From Minisyncoccia bacterium (GTDB lineage Bacteria > Patescibacteriota > Minisyncoccia > Phycocordibacterales > CAIZLB01), in the NCBI GenBank assembly GCA_041752275.1, contig JBGSHK010000009.1:19156-83155 (forward strand): 64,000 nt of DNA. The letters are read 5' to 3'. The position numbers were made by a program, and so were the translations under genes. Positions 20,975 through 30,158 of the stretch are shown here, in pieces. The first letter of the stretch is position 1, and each line of letters begins with the position of its first letter. The notes under the pieces were generated by a model that was not told the DNA's origin, did not search any database, and saw nothing but the letters and a program-made list of their open reading frames with translations.

Positions 20975-21050
20975 AGTCTTTGGAGAGACAAACCCACGGG
21001 CGTGGAGAGATAGAGAACTAAAAATCCCTATCCTCCACGCTTATTTTTTT
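20975..21050 (+). ncRNA. Candidate ~75-nt small RNA
   Basis: TTGTAT-16-TATAAT promoter (20942..20969); GCGTGGAG/CTCCACGC stem then T run; no plausible ORF. Confidence 0.35.
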
Positions 21051-21078
21051 ATTCCCTCAAATATAGTAATATACATAT

Positions 21079-21855
21079 ATGAAAATCATAACTTGGAATG
21101 TAAATGGTCTGCGTGCAGTTTGGAAAAAAGGAGAATTTCAAAACCTTATCAAAAAATATCAACCCGACATACTCGGTATACAAGAAACAAAATCCTCTGT
21201 TGAACAACTTCATGATGATACAAAAAATCATGATGGGTATTATACATACTTTGAATCAGCAACTATGCGAAAAGGTTACTCTGGTGTTGCTATATATTCT
21301 CGCGAAGAACCACTAAACGTTAAAGCTACACTTGGCGATAAAAAATTTCTTGATAACGAAGGTAGGACTATCATTGCCGAATATGAGGATTTTTATTTGA
21401 TAAATTGTTATTGGCCAAACGGTGGCAAGTCTCCGGAACATTTTCAATACAAACTTGAATATTATGACAAATTTTTACACCTTGCCAAAAAACTTGAGAA
21501 AGAAAAACCTGTTATTTTCTTAGGAGATGTGAACGCTACAGTTGCTAACATAGACCTCGCTCGTCCAAAAGAAAACGCGGGTAAACTTGGCTGTACACCT
21601 GAAGAACGAGCATTGTTGAAAAAATACACAGATAGTTTTGTCGATACATGGCGTAGCGCTTATCCTGACAAAGTTGAATATACTTGGTGGGATATGAAAA
21701 CACGCTCAAGAGACAGAAACATAGGTTGGCGCATTGATTATATCTTTGTAAGTAAAAGTTTGTGGGATAAGGTTACAAACATAGAGATATTAGCAAATGT
21801 TTTCGGATCAGATCATTGCCCTGTGATGATAGAGTTGGATATGGATATGGAGTAA
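21079..21855 (+). CDS. xth: Exodeoxyribonuclease III
   Basis: ITWNVNGLRA, QETK, GYSGVA, GDVN, GWRIDY, GSDHCP. Confidence 0.96.
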   Translation: MKIITWNVNGLRAVWKKGEFQNLIKKYQPDILGIQETKSSVEQLHDDTKNHDGYYTYFESATMRKGYSGVAIYSREEPLNVKATLGDKKFLDNEGRTIIAEYEDFYLINCYWPNGGKSPEHFQYKLEYYDKFLHLAKKLEKEKPVIFLGDVNATVANIDLARPKENAGKLGCTPEERALLKKYTDSFVDTWRSAYPDKVEYTWWDMKTRSRDRNIGWRIDYIFVSKSLWDKVTNIEILANVFGSDHCPVMIELDMDME

Positions 21856-21889
21856 AGTCAATCTCGTAATAATTTGTATTTTTTCTATA

Positions 21890-23224
21890 ATGAAAATTGT
21901 TATGAAAAATACAAAACAAGACAAAAACAAATTACATGAAGTAATCATTCTCGACAACTTCCCTCCTGAAGACATAGCTATGCTTCAAGCATTATACTCA
22001 AGAGACCCTCGTACTGTACGAACCCACTTGGACAGAGTGCGCGAAGCAGGTCCTGGGAAGTTTATGGAGAAGTTTTATGTTGGATATGGACACAAGTCTA
22101 TTGGCGACTGTGGATCTACAACACTTTTCGTAGAAGGTGTGTCAATGCTTGGTGCGAAAGCAATACAAGATTGGCCATTGTATAACGGACAAGAGTCGTC
22201 CACTCGTTATCTTGATTTTTCAAAAATGAACCTTGCAAATCCACTAGGTACAAAAAAGGCTGAGGCAATACAACTAAAGTGGATGAAACTTTACAATGAA
22301 GCACTTGCTACTTTGATTAAAGCTTTAACAATAAAGTATCCGATAAAAGAAGGTGAAAAAACAGAGATCTATGAGAAAGCCATAAAGGCTCGTGCTTTTG
22401 ATATCTCAAGATGTCTCTTACCTGCAGGTATGACTACCATGGTTGCGTGGCATACAAACCTGAGACAAGCTGCAGATCACTTGAAAAACATGCATCATCA
22501 CCCACTACAAGAGGTTAAAAATGTTGCTGTGCAAATGATAGATGAGTTAAAAGCTAAATATCCAAACAGTTTTGGACATAAACAATATGAAGAGGAAGAA
22601 AAATATCTAGCGTCATCACAGGCCGAAGTTGCATACATGAAGCCATTTAAAGTTAAAGGTGTTGAATATAAATCATTTTTGAGAAAAGATATCTTGAAAC
22701 GATATGCAAGTATACTTAAAAACAGACCTCAGAAAGCAGAACTTCCTTATCAGATTAAGTCAGCTGGAGACATGATAGTAAAATACAACATAGACTTTGG
22801 ATCATATAGAGATATACAAAGACAAAGATCTGTTATTATGCCTCAACCACTGCTTACAACAAAGCTTGGTTTTCATCCTTGGTATTTAAACAATTTTCCA
22901 AAATCTTTTAGAGCAAAACTTGAAGGAGAAATAAAAAAACTTATTGTTGAGATAAATGCATTGAAATGTTCTGATGAAGATCGACAGTATTATATAGGTA
23001 TGGGATTTCAAGTATCGTTGGAAATGACGGCGACTATCCCTTCCCTTGTATATGTTGCAGAACTTCGTTCAGGTACAACAGTACATGCGTCCCTCCGCCC
23101 CATTGATCAAGAATTTGGAAAGATACTTAGAAAAGAGATTCCTGGAATGAAAATATACATTGACGAATCACCTGATGAATTTTCTGCAAAAAGAGGTGTA
23201 CAGGATATTGTGTTGAAAAAATAG
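21890..23224 (+). CDS. thyX: Flavin-dependent thymidylate synthase, tandem-domain type
   Basis: YVGYGHKSIGD, QESSTRY, FDISRCLLPAG, DFGSYRDIQRQR. Confidence 0.88.
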   Translation: MKIVMKNTKQDKNKLHEVIILDNFPPEDIAMLQALYSRDPRTVRTHLDRVREAGPGKFMEKFYVGYGHKSIGDCGSTTLFVEGVSMLGAKAIQDWPLYNGQESSTRYLDFSKMNLANPLGTKKAEAIQLKWMKLYNEALATLIKALTIKYPIKEGEKTEIYEKAIKARAFDISRCLLPAGMTTMVAWHTNLRQAADHLKNMHHHPLQEVKNVAVQMIDELKAKYPNSFGHKQYEEEEKYLASSQAEVAYMKPFKVKGVEYKSFLRKDILKRYASILKNRPQKAELPYQIKSAGDMIVKYNIDFGSYRDIQRQRSVIMPQPLLTTKLGFHPWYLNNFPKSFRAKLEGEIKKLIVEINALKCSDEDRQYYIGMGFQVSLEMTATIPSLVYVAELRSGTTVHASLRPIDQEFGKILRKEIPGMKIYIDESPDEFSAKRGVQDIVLKK

Positions 23225-23243
23225 TTTTTACAGGTTGTTTTAC

Positions 23244-23274
23244 AAAAAACCGTCGCTCACTCGGCGGTTTTTTT
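23244..23274 (+). terminator. Intrinsic terminator after thyX
   Basis: AAAACCGTCG-CTCACT-CGGCGGTTTT followed by a T run. Confidence 0.7.
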
Positions 23275-23366
23275 ACTTAAGTGAGATAAAAATAAACACA
23301 TTTTCACATAAGTGAAATTTAAAATAAGTCCTCATTTCTTGGAGGGCTTATTTTTAATTGAGCTTA

Positions 23367-24263
23367 TTATCTCTCAAACATATTTAACAAATATCCATCT
23401 ATAAATCTCTGATCTAGATTATAAAAACTTATTTTATCTTGATACATTTGTGTTGCCAAAGCCTTGCCTACAAAACGCCAATGCCATGATTCATATGCAT
23501 AATATTGATTTCCTTTTGGGTATGAAAGTATAAACCCGTATCTGTGCGCATTATTTTGTAACCATGCATATTCTTTTGTTTTTTCAAAAGCTGTGTTGGC
23601 CGCTCTTATATTAGATGTTGTAAAATCAATAGTTGTTCCGAGCTGATGTTCAGAATATCCCTGATCAGCAACAAATCTATTTGCGCTATTTGAACCATAA
23701 GTAACTTTGTTTTGTGATTTTAAACTAGCCTGTGTCTCAAAAGATCTATATCCAGAAACAACCAAAAGATCCATACCCTCAAGTTTAGCATCATCTATCA
23801 TAGACAATAAAAAATACATCACATCTACATGTATACGATATTCGTTTTTAGGATAAGCAGTGTACTCGGGTAATATAGCTTGAGTTTCTCTGGGTGTATA
23901 ATTTTCATTTAAAAAATAAACCTTGGAATATTTTTGCAAGAGTTTTGGATCAGATCTAACAACTTTGTCTAAAGAACTAACCTTTTCCTCTAATGTTTTA
24001 TTTTTAAGACCTTCTTCATTTATAACCTTTGTCAGTGTTTCATATAAATCATTAAACTCTGCAGTGGATGATGCATGAACACCCCTTAGTTCATACAACT
24101 CTTTATTATAATTTTCATTTGCTACTTTTAATTCTTCTATTTTGTCAGACGAAAGATTTAGTTTATATTCTCCCCAAACAGCGTAAGCTATAAGTCCTAT
24201 GAAAAAAATAATAGAAAGTATTTTTATAAATATTGCTAATTTTGATTTTTTTCCCATATACAT
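23367..24263 (-). CDS. M15B D-alanyl-D-alanine carboxypeptidase (VanY-like) with N-terminal anchor and coiled coil
   Basis: SGYRSFETQ, SEHQLGTTID, ESWHWRFVG. Confidence 0.9.
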   Translation of the reverse strand: MYMGKKSKLAIFIKILSIIFFIGLIAYAVWGEYKLNLSSDKIEELKVANENYNKELYELRGVHASSTAEFNDLYETLTKVINEEGLKNKTLEEKVSSLDKVVRSDPKLLQKYSKVYFLNENYTPRETQAILPEYTAYPKNEYRIHVDVMYFLLSMIDDAKLEGMDLLVVSGYRSFETQASLKSQNKVTYGSNSANRFVADQGYSEHQLGTTIDFTTSNIRAANTAFEKTKEYAWLQNNAHRYGFILSYPKGNQYYAYESWHWRFVGKALATQMYQDKISFYNLDQRFIDGYLLNMFER

Positions 24264-24294
24264 ATTGTAGCATGGTTAGTTTTTATATTTTTTA

Positions 24295-24861
24295 TTAGAC
24301 AGCATCAGGTAAACGTCCGTTTTTCTTTTTATACCATATTAAAAATGGTATCACTAAAATAAATGAAGTAAATATTATAACAGGTGTATTTAAAATAAGG
24401 CCTCCAAAATAATAAATAATAAAACCCATAGGAAAAGAAACCATAATAGAGCTTAGAAAATATGTAGTGGCTTTTATTTTAGTCAACCCTGCAATATAAT
24501 TTACGATATCAAAAAATGGACTTGAAAGGAAACGTAAACTAACTAGTGCCCAAAACTTTTCTGTTTCCGACAATTTATCTTCGAATGAGTGAATTTTTTC
24601 TATAGAAATAAATTTTCCAATCAAAGGTTCTCTAAACTTACGTCCTATAAAAAATGAAATCATTGAAGCCGTCACCACTGCTATTGTTGCATATATAAAA
24701 CCCCAAAACCAACCAAAAACTATAACACCAACTGCGTCCACTATAAGTCCAGGTATAGGTGGTATAACTACAGGAAGTATACGTATAAAAATAAATACAG
24801 CGGGGGCAATGATTGGATAGTCTATAAGAAATGCTTGTAGGGTTTGTATCATTACGATCAT
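24295..24861 (-). CDS. TVP38/TMEM64 (VTT/DedA superfamily) membrane protein
   Basis: VIPPIPG, FGWFWG, LRF...FDIVNYIAGLT. Confidence 0.85.
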   Translation of the reverse strand: MIVMIQTLQAFLIDYPIIAPAVFIFIRILPVVIPPIPGLIVDAVGVIVFGWFWGFIYATIAVVTASMISFFIGRKFREPLIGKFISIEKIHSFEDKLSETEKFWALVSLRFLSSPFFDIVNYIAGLTKIKATTYFLSSIMVSFPMGFIIYYFGGLILNTPVIIFTSFILVIPFLIWYKKKNGRLPDAV

Positions 24862-24999
24862 TATACATTTTTACTTTATAAATTCATAATCGTCTTTGAA
24901 ATAAAGATCGTTTATATTACTTGAAAATTTACTTTTTCTTAGTTTTTTCTTTATATTTTCTTGAAAATTACTTTATATGACTGTTGATAGAATATTAAA

Positions 25000-25455
25000 A
25001 TGCATAAAAAATCACAATTTTTAAACGAATCAATCAGAATGTTAACAGAAGAAGAATCACTCTATTTAAACGACACTGAAAATGTATTGAGATCAAAAAC
25101 TGATAAAGCTATTATTTCACACTTACCTGGTTTTTTTTCAGATGATAACATTTCTAGGCCTTTAATTTTAACAAAAGAAACTGTGGTTAAAATAGAAAAT
25201 AAACATGGAAAAATAAATCCTGTGAATTTACTCATTAACACACATGATTGGAATATTGCAATTAAAAATATAGATAGAATCAATGGAAAGATATGTCTTA
25301 TTAAAAAAATTCCTTATTCTGAAAACATGTTACTTATAGCCGCTTTAAGGGTGAACGGTTACTTTGTCCTATCTCATTATGAAGTAGAGGTTTTAAAAGA
25401 TAATCAACTAAAAAGCCTCCTCGGTAGAGGAGGCGTTTTCAGAAAGGATGCCTGA
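25000..25455 (+). CDS. Hypothetical protein, possible BECR-fold (PBECR-like) ribonuclease
   Basis: 151 aa; ILT...KIENKH helix followed by a beta meander; family assignment is weak. Confidence 0.55.
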   Translation: MHKKSQFLNESIRMLTEEESLYLNDTENVLRSKTDKAIISHLPGFFSDDNISRPLILTKETVVKIENKHGKINPVNLLINTHDWNIAIKNIDRINGKICLIKKIPYSENMLLIAALRVNGYFVLSHYEVEVLKDNQLKSLLGRGGVFRKDA

Positions 25456-25528
25456 CCATGATCCATTGTATTTACCAATCAAGACTTTTATGTCTATCAG
25501 AGGAGGTTTCTGATGTCACAGGTAACAT
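25410..25528 (-). ncRNA. Candidate antisense RNA overlapping the 3' end of 25000..25455
   Basis: Minus-strand TTGACA-17-TAAACT (25563..25535); hairpin ATCAGA-AACCTCC-TCTGAT; terminator GCCTCCTC/GAGGAGGC plus T5. Confidence 0.5.
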
Positions 25529-25573
25529 GTTTAGAGTTTAGTTCAAGTAATAATATATGTCAATACGTAAAAA

Positions 25574-26527
25574 TTAAACACCTTCATACATAAACTCATT
25601 TACCTCTTGCTCTTTTCCATATGTTTGTTGATGTGCCGTTCTGTACAATATGTATATAGAAACTATCTCTGCATAACTTGTAACCTGTTTTACCAGAGCC
25701 TGTCCATAGGCCTGTGTAAGATCACCTAGTGCTCGCCCAGCATTGCCAAGTCCCGGTATACCCATAGACACAGCTTTCAATCCTTCTGTCATAATCACTA
25801 CAAGTTGAGTTGTAATAGCATTTATTGAATCAACACCAATAGTTAATATAAGTGCCTTTTTAAAACCTTCACTTTTTGCAGTAACATTTAAAAGATTCAT
25901 TTTTTCATAAATAGAATTTATCTCAAGTTTTCCTCCTTTATACATATCTAAGAACACAAACCAAGAGAATCGCAGTTTTATACGAAGATAATAGTTGTAA
26001 ACAATAAAAGCAATAATAGAAGCGATCACAGTACCTAAGTATGAAAATAGAATTATATTTGAATCAAAATCAATATTGTTTGTTATAAGTAATATAGGTA
26101 CCGCAACAATTATAATCAAAAGGATTATTAGCGGAGTGAAATAATACTTAAAGAAAATATTAAATCTAAAAACTATAGCTGGCCACAAAAGTTTCTTAGC
26201 TAGTCCCCAACTTACCTTTCCACTTATTTCTTTTTTATCAAAGAATGAGTCAATCCAAATACGTTTTTCTATTTCAAAAATAAAACCAATGATGACCATA
26301 TAAATAATAGCAATAATAATATAAGCAAGAACATAAAGTATATTTGGAAAGGAGAATATAATTTGTTGTATATATTCTTCACCATAAAAACTATTGGCTC
26401 CGTATCCCAGAACAATAGCTAAAAGCACGGGCCATATGATCATGCCTGTGCGTAATAGAAGTAGTTTTTTACGGGCAATTATTTGCGCTCCTATTTCTTT
26501 GATTATTTCTTTGTATGTTGGTGTCAT
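25574..26527 (-). CDS. Hypothetical membrane protein
   Basis: 317 aa, 4-5 TM. Confidence 0.75.
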   Translation of the reverse strand: MTPTYKEIIKEIGAQIIARKKLLLLRTGMIIWPVLLAIVLGYGANSFYGEEYIQQIIFSFPNILYVLAYIIIAIIYMVIIGFIFEIEKRIWIDSFFDKKEISGKVSWGLAKKLLWPAIVFRFNIFFKYYFTPLIILLIIIVAVPILLITNNIDFDSNIILFSYLGTVIASIIAFIVYNYYLRIKLRFSWFVFLDMYKGGKLEINSIYEKMNLLNVTAKSEGFKKALILTIGVDSINAITTQLVVIMTEGLKAVSMGIPGLGNAGRALGDLTQAYGQALVKQVTSYAEIVSIYILYRTAHQQTYGKEQEVNEFMYEGV

Positions 26528-26605
26528 GTGTTTAGTATAGCAAAATAAAAATGCGTAACCTAGGTATTAGGTTACGCAAATTGACGGACCAACCGTCATA
26601 ACTAA

Positions 26606-27352
26606 TTATTTTGCATCAGTAATCGCGAGGTCGATGACCTCGAGGTACTTATGGATGAGATCTTCACCACCTTCTTTGAAACGTCGCCCGGCGAACTTAG
26701 CGATATCTCGGTCGGGATAGTCTTTGAAAGCATCTTGCTCTATGTTTAGATTTTGATCTGGCTCCGCTAGTTCACCGGCCCTAATTCTATTTGCAATATC
26801 TTCAGCGGACAAGTTGTTTACTAACCAATTTTCGGCCAACTTCCAATTGTTTGAATCGTAGCCCAACAGCTCTGCCTCAAACCAAGTATTATAAACTTTT
26901 TGATGCTCTGGTTTAAGCATTGTCTCAAAACACATCTTGATGTTATAAAGAGTCTTTTTGAGACCATCCTTTTCCTCTTGGGTAAGTTTGGAAAACTCTT
27001 CTTTGAAGCGAGGTTGGATAATCAGATAAGTATCTTTCAGGTTTTCACCCGTAAAGAAGTATGATTTGATTCGGGCAATAATGATTGTACGACCTTGAAT
27101 GTAAGACTCCCAATCTTCCCAACTTAAATCCATTTTTTCATAGGTGGCAGAACGGGCTGAATGGTAGGCCTGATGACCTCCCGGTTCCATACCATATAAC
27201 TTTGCCGTCTTCCAAACCTCATCAAAAACATGTTCGGCAATAAAATCTTTGACAGAAAAGTTCAAGATTTTATCTATCAGCCTATCATCAATCTGAGCGG
27301 CGGATGCAGTTAAGGCGATTGTGGCAAAGGCGGCAATAAACAGTTTTTTCAT
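26606..27352 (-). CDS. Hypothetical secreted protein
   Basis: Sec signal MKKLFIAAFATIALTASA; visibly higher GC than flanks. Confidence 0.75.
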   Translation of the reverse strand: MKKLFIAAFATIALTASAAQIDDRLIDKILNFSVKDFIAEHVFDEVWKTAKLYGMEPGGHQAYHSARSATYEKMDLSWEDWESYIQGRTIIIARIKSYFFTGENLKDTYLIIQPRFKEEFSKLTQEEKDGLKKTLYNIKMCFETMLKPEHQKVYNTWFEAELLGYDSNNWKLAENWLVNNLSAEDIANRIRAGELAEPDQNLNIEQDAFKDYPDRDIAKFAGRRFKEGGEDLIHKYLEVIDLAITDAK

Positions 27353-27365
27353 GGTGGTGTTTATA

Positions 27366-27402
27366 GTTTTTGTTTTTGTTTTTGTTTTTGTTTTTTTGTT
27401 TG
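27366..27402. repeat. (GTTTTT)n simple sequence repeat in the leader of 26606..27352
   Basis: Four perfect TTTTTG units plus degenerate units. Confidence 0.85.
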
Positions 27403-27460
27403 TATAATTTACTACCTATATATAATGTCATATATATAGTATAAAGTCAAGACAAGTTTT

Positions 27461-28396
27461 CTAAAACAACTCAAACAATTTTCCCATAAATAATGCATAT
27501 ATGATCAAATAAAATACAGCTTCTTGCATATGTATTTTCTTTGAAATACCGGAAAATGCAAACAATACAGTGGTCAATATCAAAACAGGTAAACCAATAG
27601 TCATAGTTTTAACATCAATAGAAAGATCTGAAAACAAAGCTGGTATACCAACTACCATCAAGATGTTAAAAATATTTGAACCAAAAATATTTCCCAAAGC
27701 AACTTCTGACTTCCCTGCTCGGGCCGCTTTTACGGAAACCAAGAGTTCAGGTAAAGATGTACCGACAGCAACTGCTGTTATTGAGATAATTGCTGGAGCT
27801 ATTTTTAATATATCTGAAATAGCTATAACTGCCTCTATGAGATAGTTTGCACTTACAGAAAGTAAAACAAGTCCTATTACAAGCCACATATAGTCTGCTC
27901 TTTTTGCTTTTTTCAGATTATTTAAACTATCATCTTTTTCATACACTTCTTTTGTGAAAATGGTAAACAAAACATAAGAGATGTATGCAGCAATAAGTAA
28001 TATACCTTCTATAAGAGTAATTTTTCCATCCAATGCTGTCATGTAAAAAAGAGCAGTTGAGGAAATCAACATTGGTATATCCAGATCAATTAGGTTTTTT
28101 GTAACAGTTAAGTTTTTAGCAACAAGTACCGATATACCAACTATTAAAAATATATTTGCAATGTTTGAACCGAGTGCGTTAGCTACCACTATCTCTGTAA
28201 CATTTCCAAAAACAGCAAATAGGGATGAGACTAGTTCAGGCATAGATGTACCAACTCCGACTATGGTTATACCGATAAGAAATGGTGACATTCCAAAAGA
28301 AAAACCTATTTTCTCAGCACTTTCCAGTAGCCAGTCGGCACTTTTAACTAGAAAGATAAGTGAGATGATGAATACTATAATCCAGATGATAAGCAT
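27461..28396 (-). CDS. Calcium/sodium antiporter (YrbG/CaCA family)
   Basis: Two alpha repeats GTSMPEL...GSNIAN and GTSLPEL...GSNIFN. Confidence 0.93.
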   Translation of the reverse strand: MLIIWIIVFIISLIFLVKSADWLLESAEKIGFSFGMSPFLIGITIVGVGTSMPELVSSLFAVFGNVTEIVVANALGSNIANIFLIVGISVLVAKNLTVTKNLIDLDIPMLISSTALFYMTALDGKITLIEGILLIAAYISYVLFTIFTKEVYEKDDSLNNLKKAKRADYMWLVIGLVLLSVSANYLIEAVIAISDILKIAPAIISITAVAVGTSLPELLVSVKAARAGKSEVALGNIFGSNIFNILMVVGIPALFSDLSIDVKTMTIGLPVLILTTVLFAFSGISKKIHMQEAVFYLIIYALFMGKLFELF

Positions 28397-28442
28397 GAGG
28401 ATTATTGTAGCATAGGATAGTTAAAATGATATAATCATAAAT

Positions 28443-29084
28443 ATGAAATACTTCTTAATCATAGTTTTGTTGTTGATATCGTTGATTGGTATTTTCTTCT
28501 ATAACAAAAACGATGGAAAAATAAAAGAAACAAATCAACCTTTTAAAATAATAGCTTTTGGTGATTCTTTAACTGAGGGTTATGGAGTAAAACCAGAAGA
28601 AAGTTACCCTGCTATACTTGAAGTATATCTGAAAGAGGAAAATCCAAATATAGAAGTTGTAAACATGGGTTTATCAGGTGAAACAACTACAGAAGGACTG
28701 GCTAGAATAGATTCTGTTATATCTCAAAATCCTCAACTTGTACTTTTAGGACTCGGGGCGAACGACATGCTTCGCTCTACAGATACTGAGATAACTAAAG
28801 CAAATCTAGAAAAAATGATAATAACTTTTAAAGAGAATAATATCTTGGTTGTTCTTATGGGTGTGGAGGCTCAAATAAACAACAGTCCGAGTTTTAGAAA
28901 GAAGTTTAATGCAATATATAAAGATCTTGCAAAAAAACATGATGTAGCAATTGTTCCCTTCTTTTTGAAAAATGTTGTTTTAGTTAGATCTTTGAATGTA
29001 GATGGAATACATCCAAATGCTGAGGGTTATGAGAAAATAGTTGAGGAAAATGTTTTACCGGTGGTGAGGGATGTTTTGCGTTAA
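28443..29084 (+). CDS. SGNH/GDSL arylesterase (TesA-like)
   Basis: FGDSLTEGYG, GLSGETT, LGAND, DGIHPN. Confidence 0.92.
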   Translation: MKYFLIIVLLLISLIGIFFYNKNDGKIKETNQPFKIIAFGDSLTEGYGVKPEESYPAILEVYLKEENPNIEVVNMGLSGETTTEGLARIDSVISQNPQLVLLGLGANDMLRSTDTEITKANLEKMIITFKENNILVVLMGVEAQINNSPSFRKKFNAIYKDLAKKHDVAIVPFFLKNVVLVRSLNVDGIHPNAEGYEKIVEENVLPVVRDVLR

Positions 29085-29087
29085 GGA

Positions 29088-29261
29088 TTACTTCAAACTA
29101 ATATTGTTTTTCTCAGCTATGTTTTTAATACTTCCACTTGATCGACCTAATGCAAGGCAAATGTCTTTCATAGGAGTTTTTAGTTTGACTAAGGCTTTGA
29201 GTTGTTTGATCTCGTCTGAAGTGTAGGGTTTACCGGAGTTTTCGATGTGGTTTTTTGTCAT
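29088..29261 (-). CDS. Small hypothetical HTH/SANT-like protein (probable start MTKNH)
   Basis: NSGKPYTSDEIKQL...ICLALGRS pattern. Confidence 0.6.
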   Translation of the reverse strand: MTKNHIENSGKPYTSDEIKQLKALVKLKTPMKDICLALGRSSGSIKNIAEKNNISLK

Positions 29262-29280
29262 ATACCAATATACTACCACC

Positions 29281-29709
29281 TTAACCCCACAACCCAAACC
29301 TCTTCGTCACCGCATCAACCTCCTCTGTTGGACCATATAACAAACACCCTAGATATTTAAAATCCCCTGTTTCCTTCAAAAACATAGAATCATGAAGTTC
29401 ATCATCATGTCTTGTATCAAGCATTTCTTGAGGAAAATCTATAAGTACAATATCTTTATTATCTTTTACTGTATTGATCAGTTTAGATATATCATCACCA
29501 TTTCCTTGTTTAATAATAAAACCAAATCTTGCAATACCTTTATGATTGAAACCAGATTTGTCAGTTAATATTTCTCGACCCATCAAGTCTTCATCTTTAT
29601 TTACACCAAGAGATACAGACATATGACCTAGGACGTTGAGTGATTGCCAAGTCGGGATGTTTGAGTCGATAATGGCGATAATTTTCTTTTGTTTGTAGTT
29701 GTAGGGCAT
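29281..29709 (-). CDS. DUF2000 family protein (PTH2-like fold)
   Basis: WQSLNVLGHM, YLGCLLYGP..EVDAVTKRFGLW. Confidence 0.8.
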   Translation of the reverse strand: MPYNYKQKKIIAIIDSNIPTWQSLNVLGHMSVSLGVNKDEDLMGREILTDKSGFNHKGIARFGFIIKQGNGDDISKLINTVKDNKDIVLIDFPQEMLDTRHDDELHDSMFLKETGDFKYLGCLLYGPTEEVDAVTKRFGLWG

Positions 29710-29718
29710 GGATAAAAG

Positions 29719-30090
29719 TTAATTTAAATATAATAAGGTAATTAATGAAATTATAAGTATCGTAGGTATATAAACAAAAGGATTATCCATAGAAAACCAT
29801 TTTTTCTTAGAAATAGACCCTTGAATAATTTTTGTTTTTTCATTTACTAAATCTCCTCTAATTTGTGTAGACATAACAGAATCTTCACTTAAATGAATTT
29901 CACTGCCTTTCATTGTCATATCTCCACCAACTTCAAAATATAACCCAGGTTTGTATCCTAATTTTTGATATCTTAATCCAAGTTCTGTTTGAGCTTTCTG
30001 AAAACGACTTCCTGGTGTATTAGGATTTTCATGAAGTCTTATAATAGCTTCCAGTTCATCGTTATTCATTTTTGAAATATCTTCATTCAT
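29719..30090 (-). CDS. Hypothetical protein with C-terminal TM helix, divergent from the lexA-MTase gene
   Basis: 123-aa ORF. Confidence 0.65.
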   Translation of the reverse strand: MNEDISKMNNDELEAIIRLHENPNTPGSRFQKAQTELGLRYQKLGYKPGLYFEVGGDMTMKGSEIHLSEDSVMSTQIRGDLVNEKTKIIQGSISKKKWFSMDNPFVYIPTILIISLITLLYLN

Positions 30091-30099
30091 ATTATTTTG

Positions 30100-30120
30100 A
30101 TTTTCGGTTTATTTTCGGTT
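30100..30120. promoter_or_regulatory. Direct repeat ATTTTCGGTT x2 (TTCGG-N6-TTCGG); candidate LexA operator
   Basis: Two 10-mers with an 11-bp period in the 68-bp intergenic region upstream of the LexA fusion. Confidence 0.55.
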
Positions 30121-30158
30121 ATACTTAAATTATAGCAAAAATAAATATTATCGCAAAT

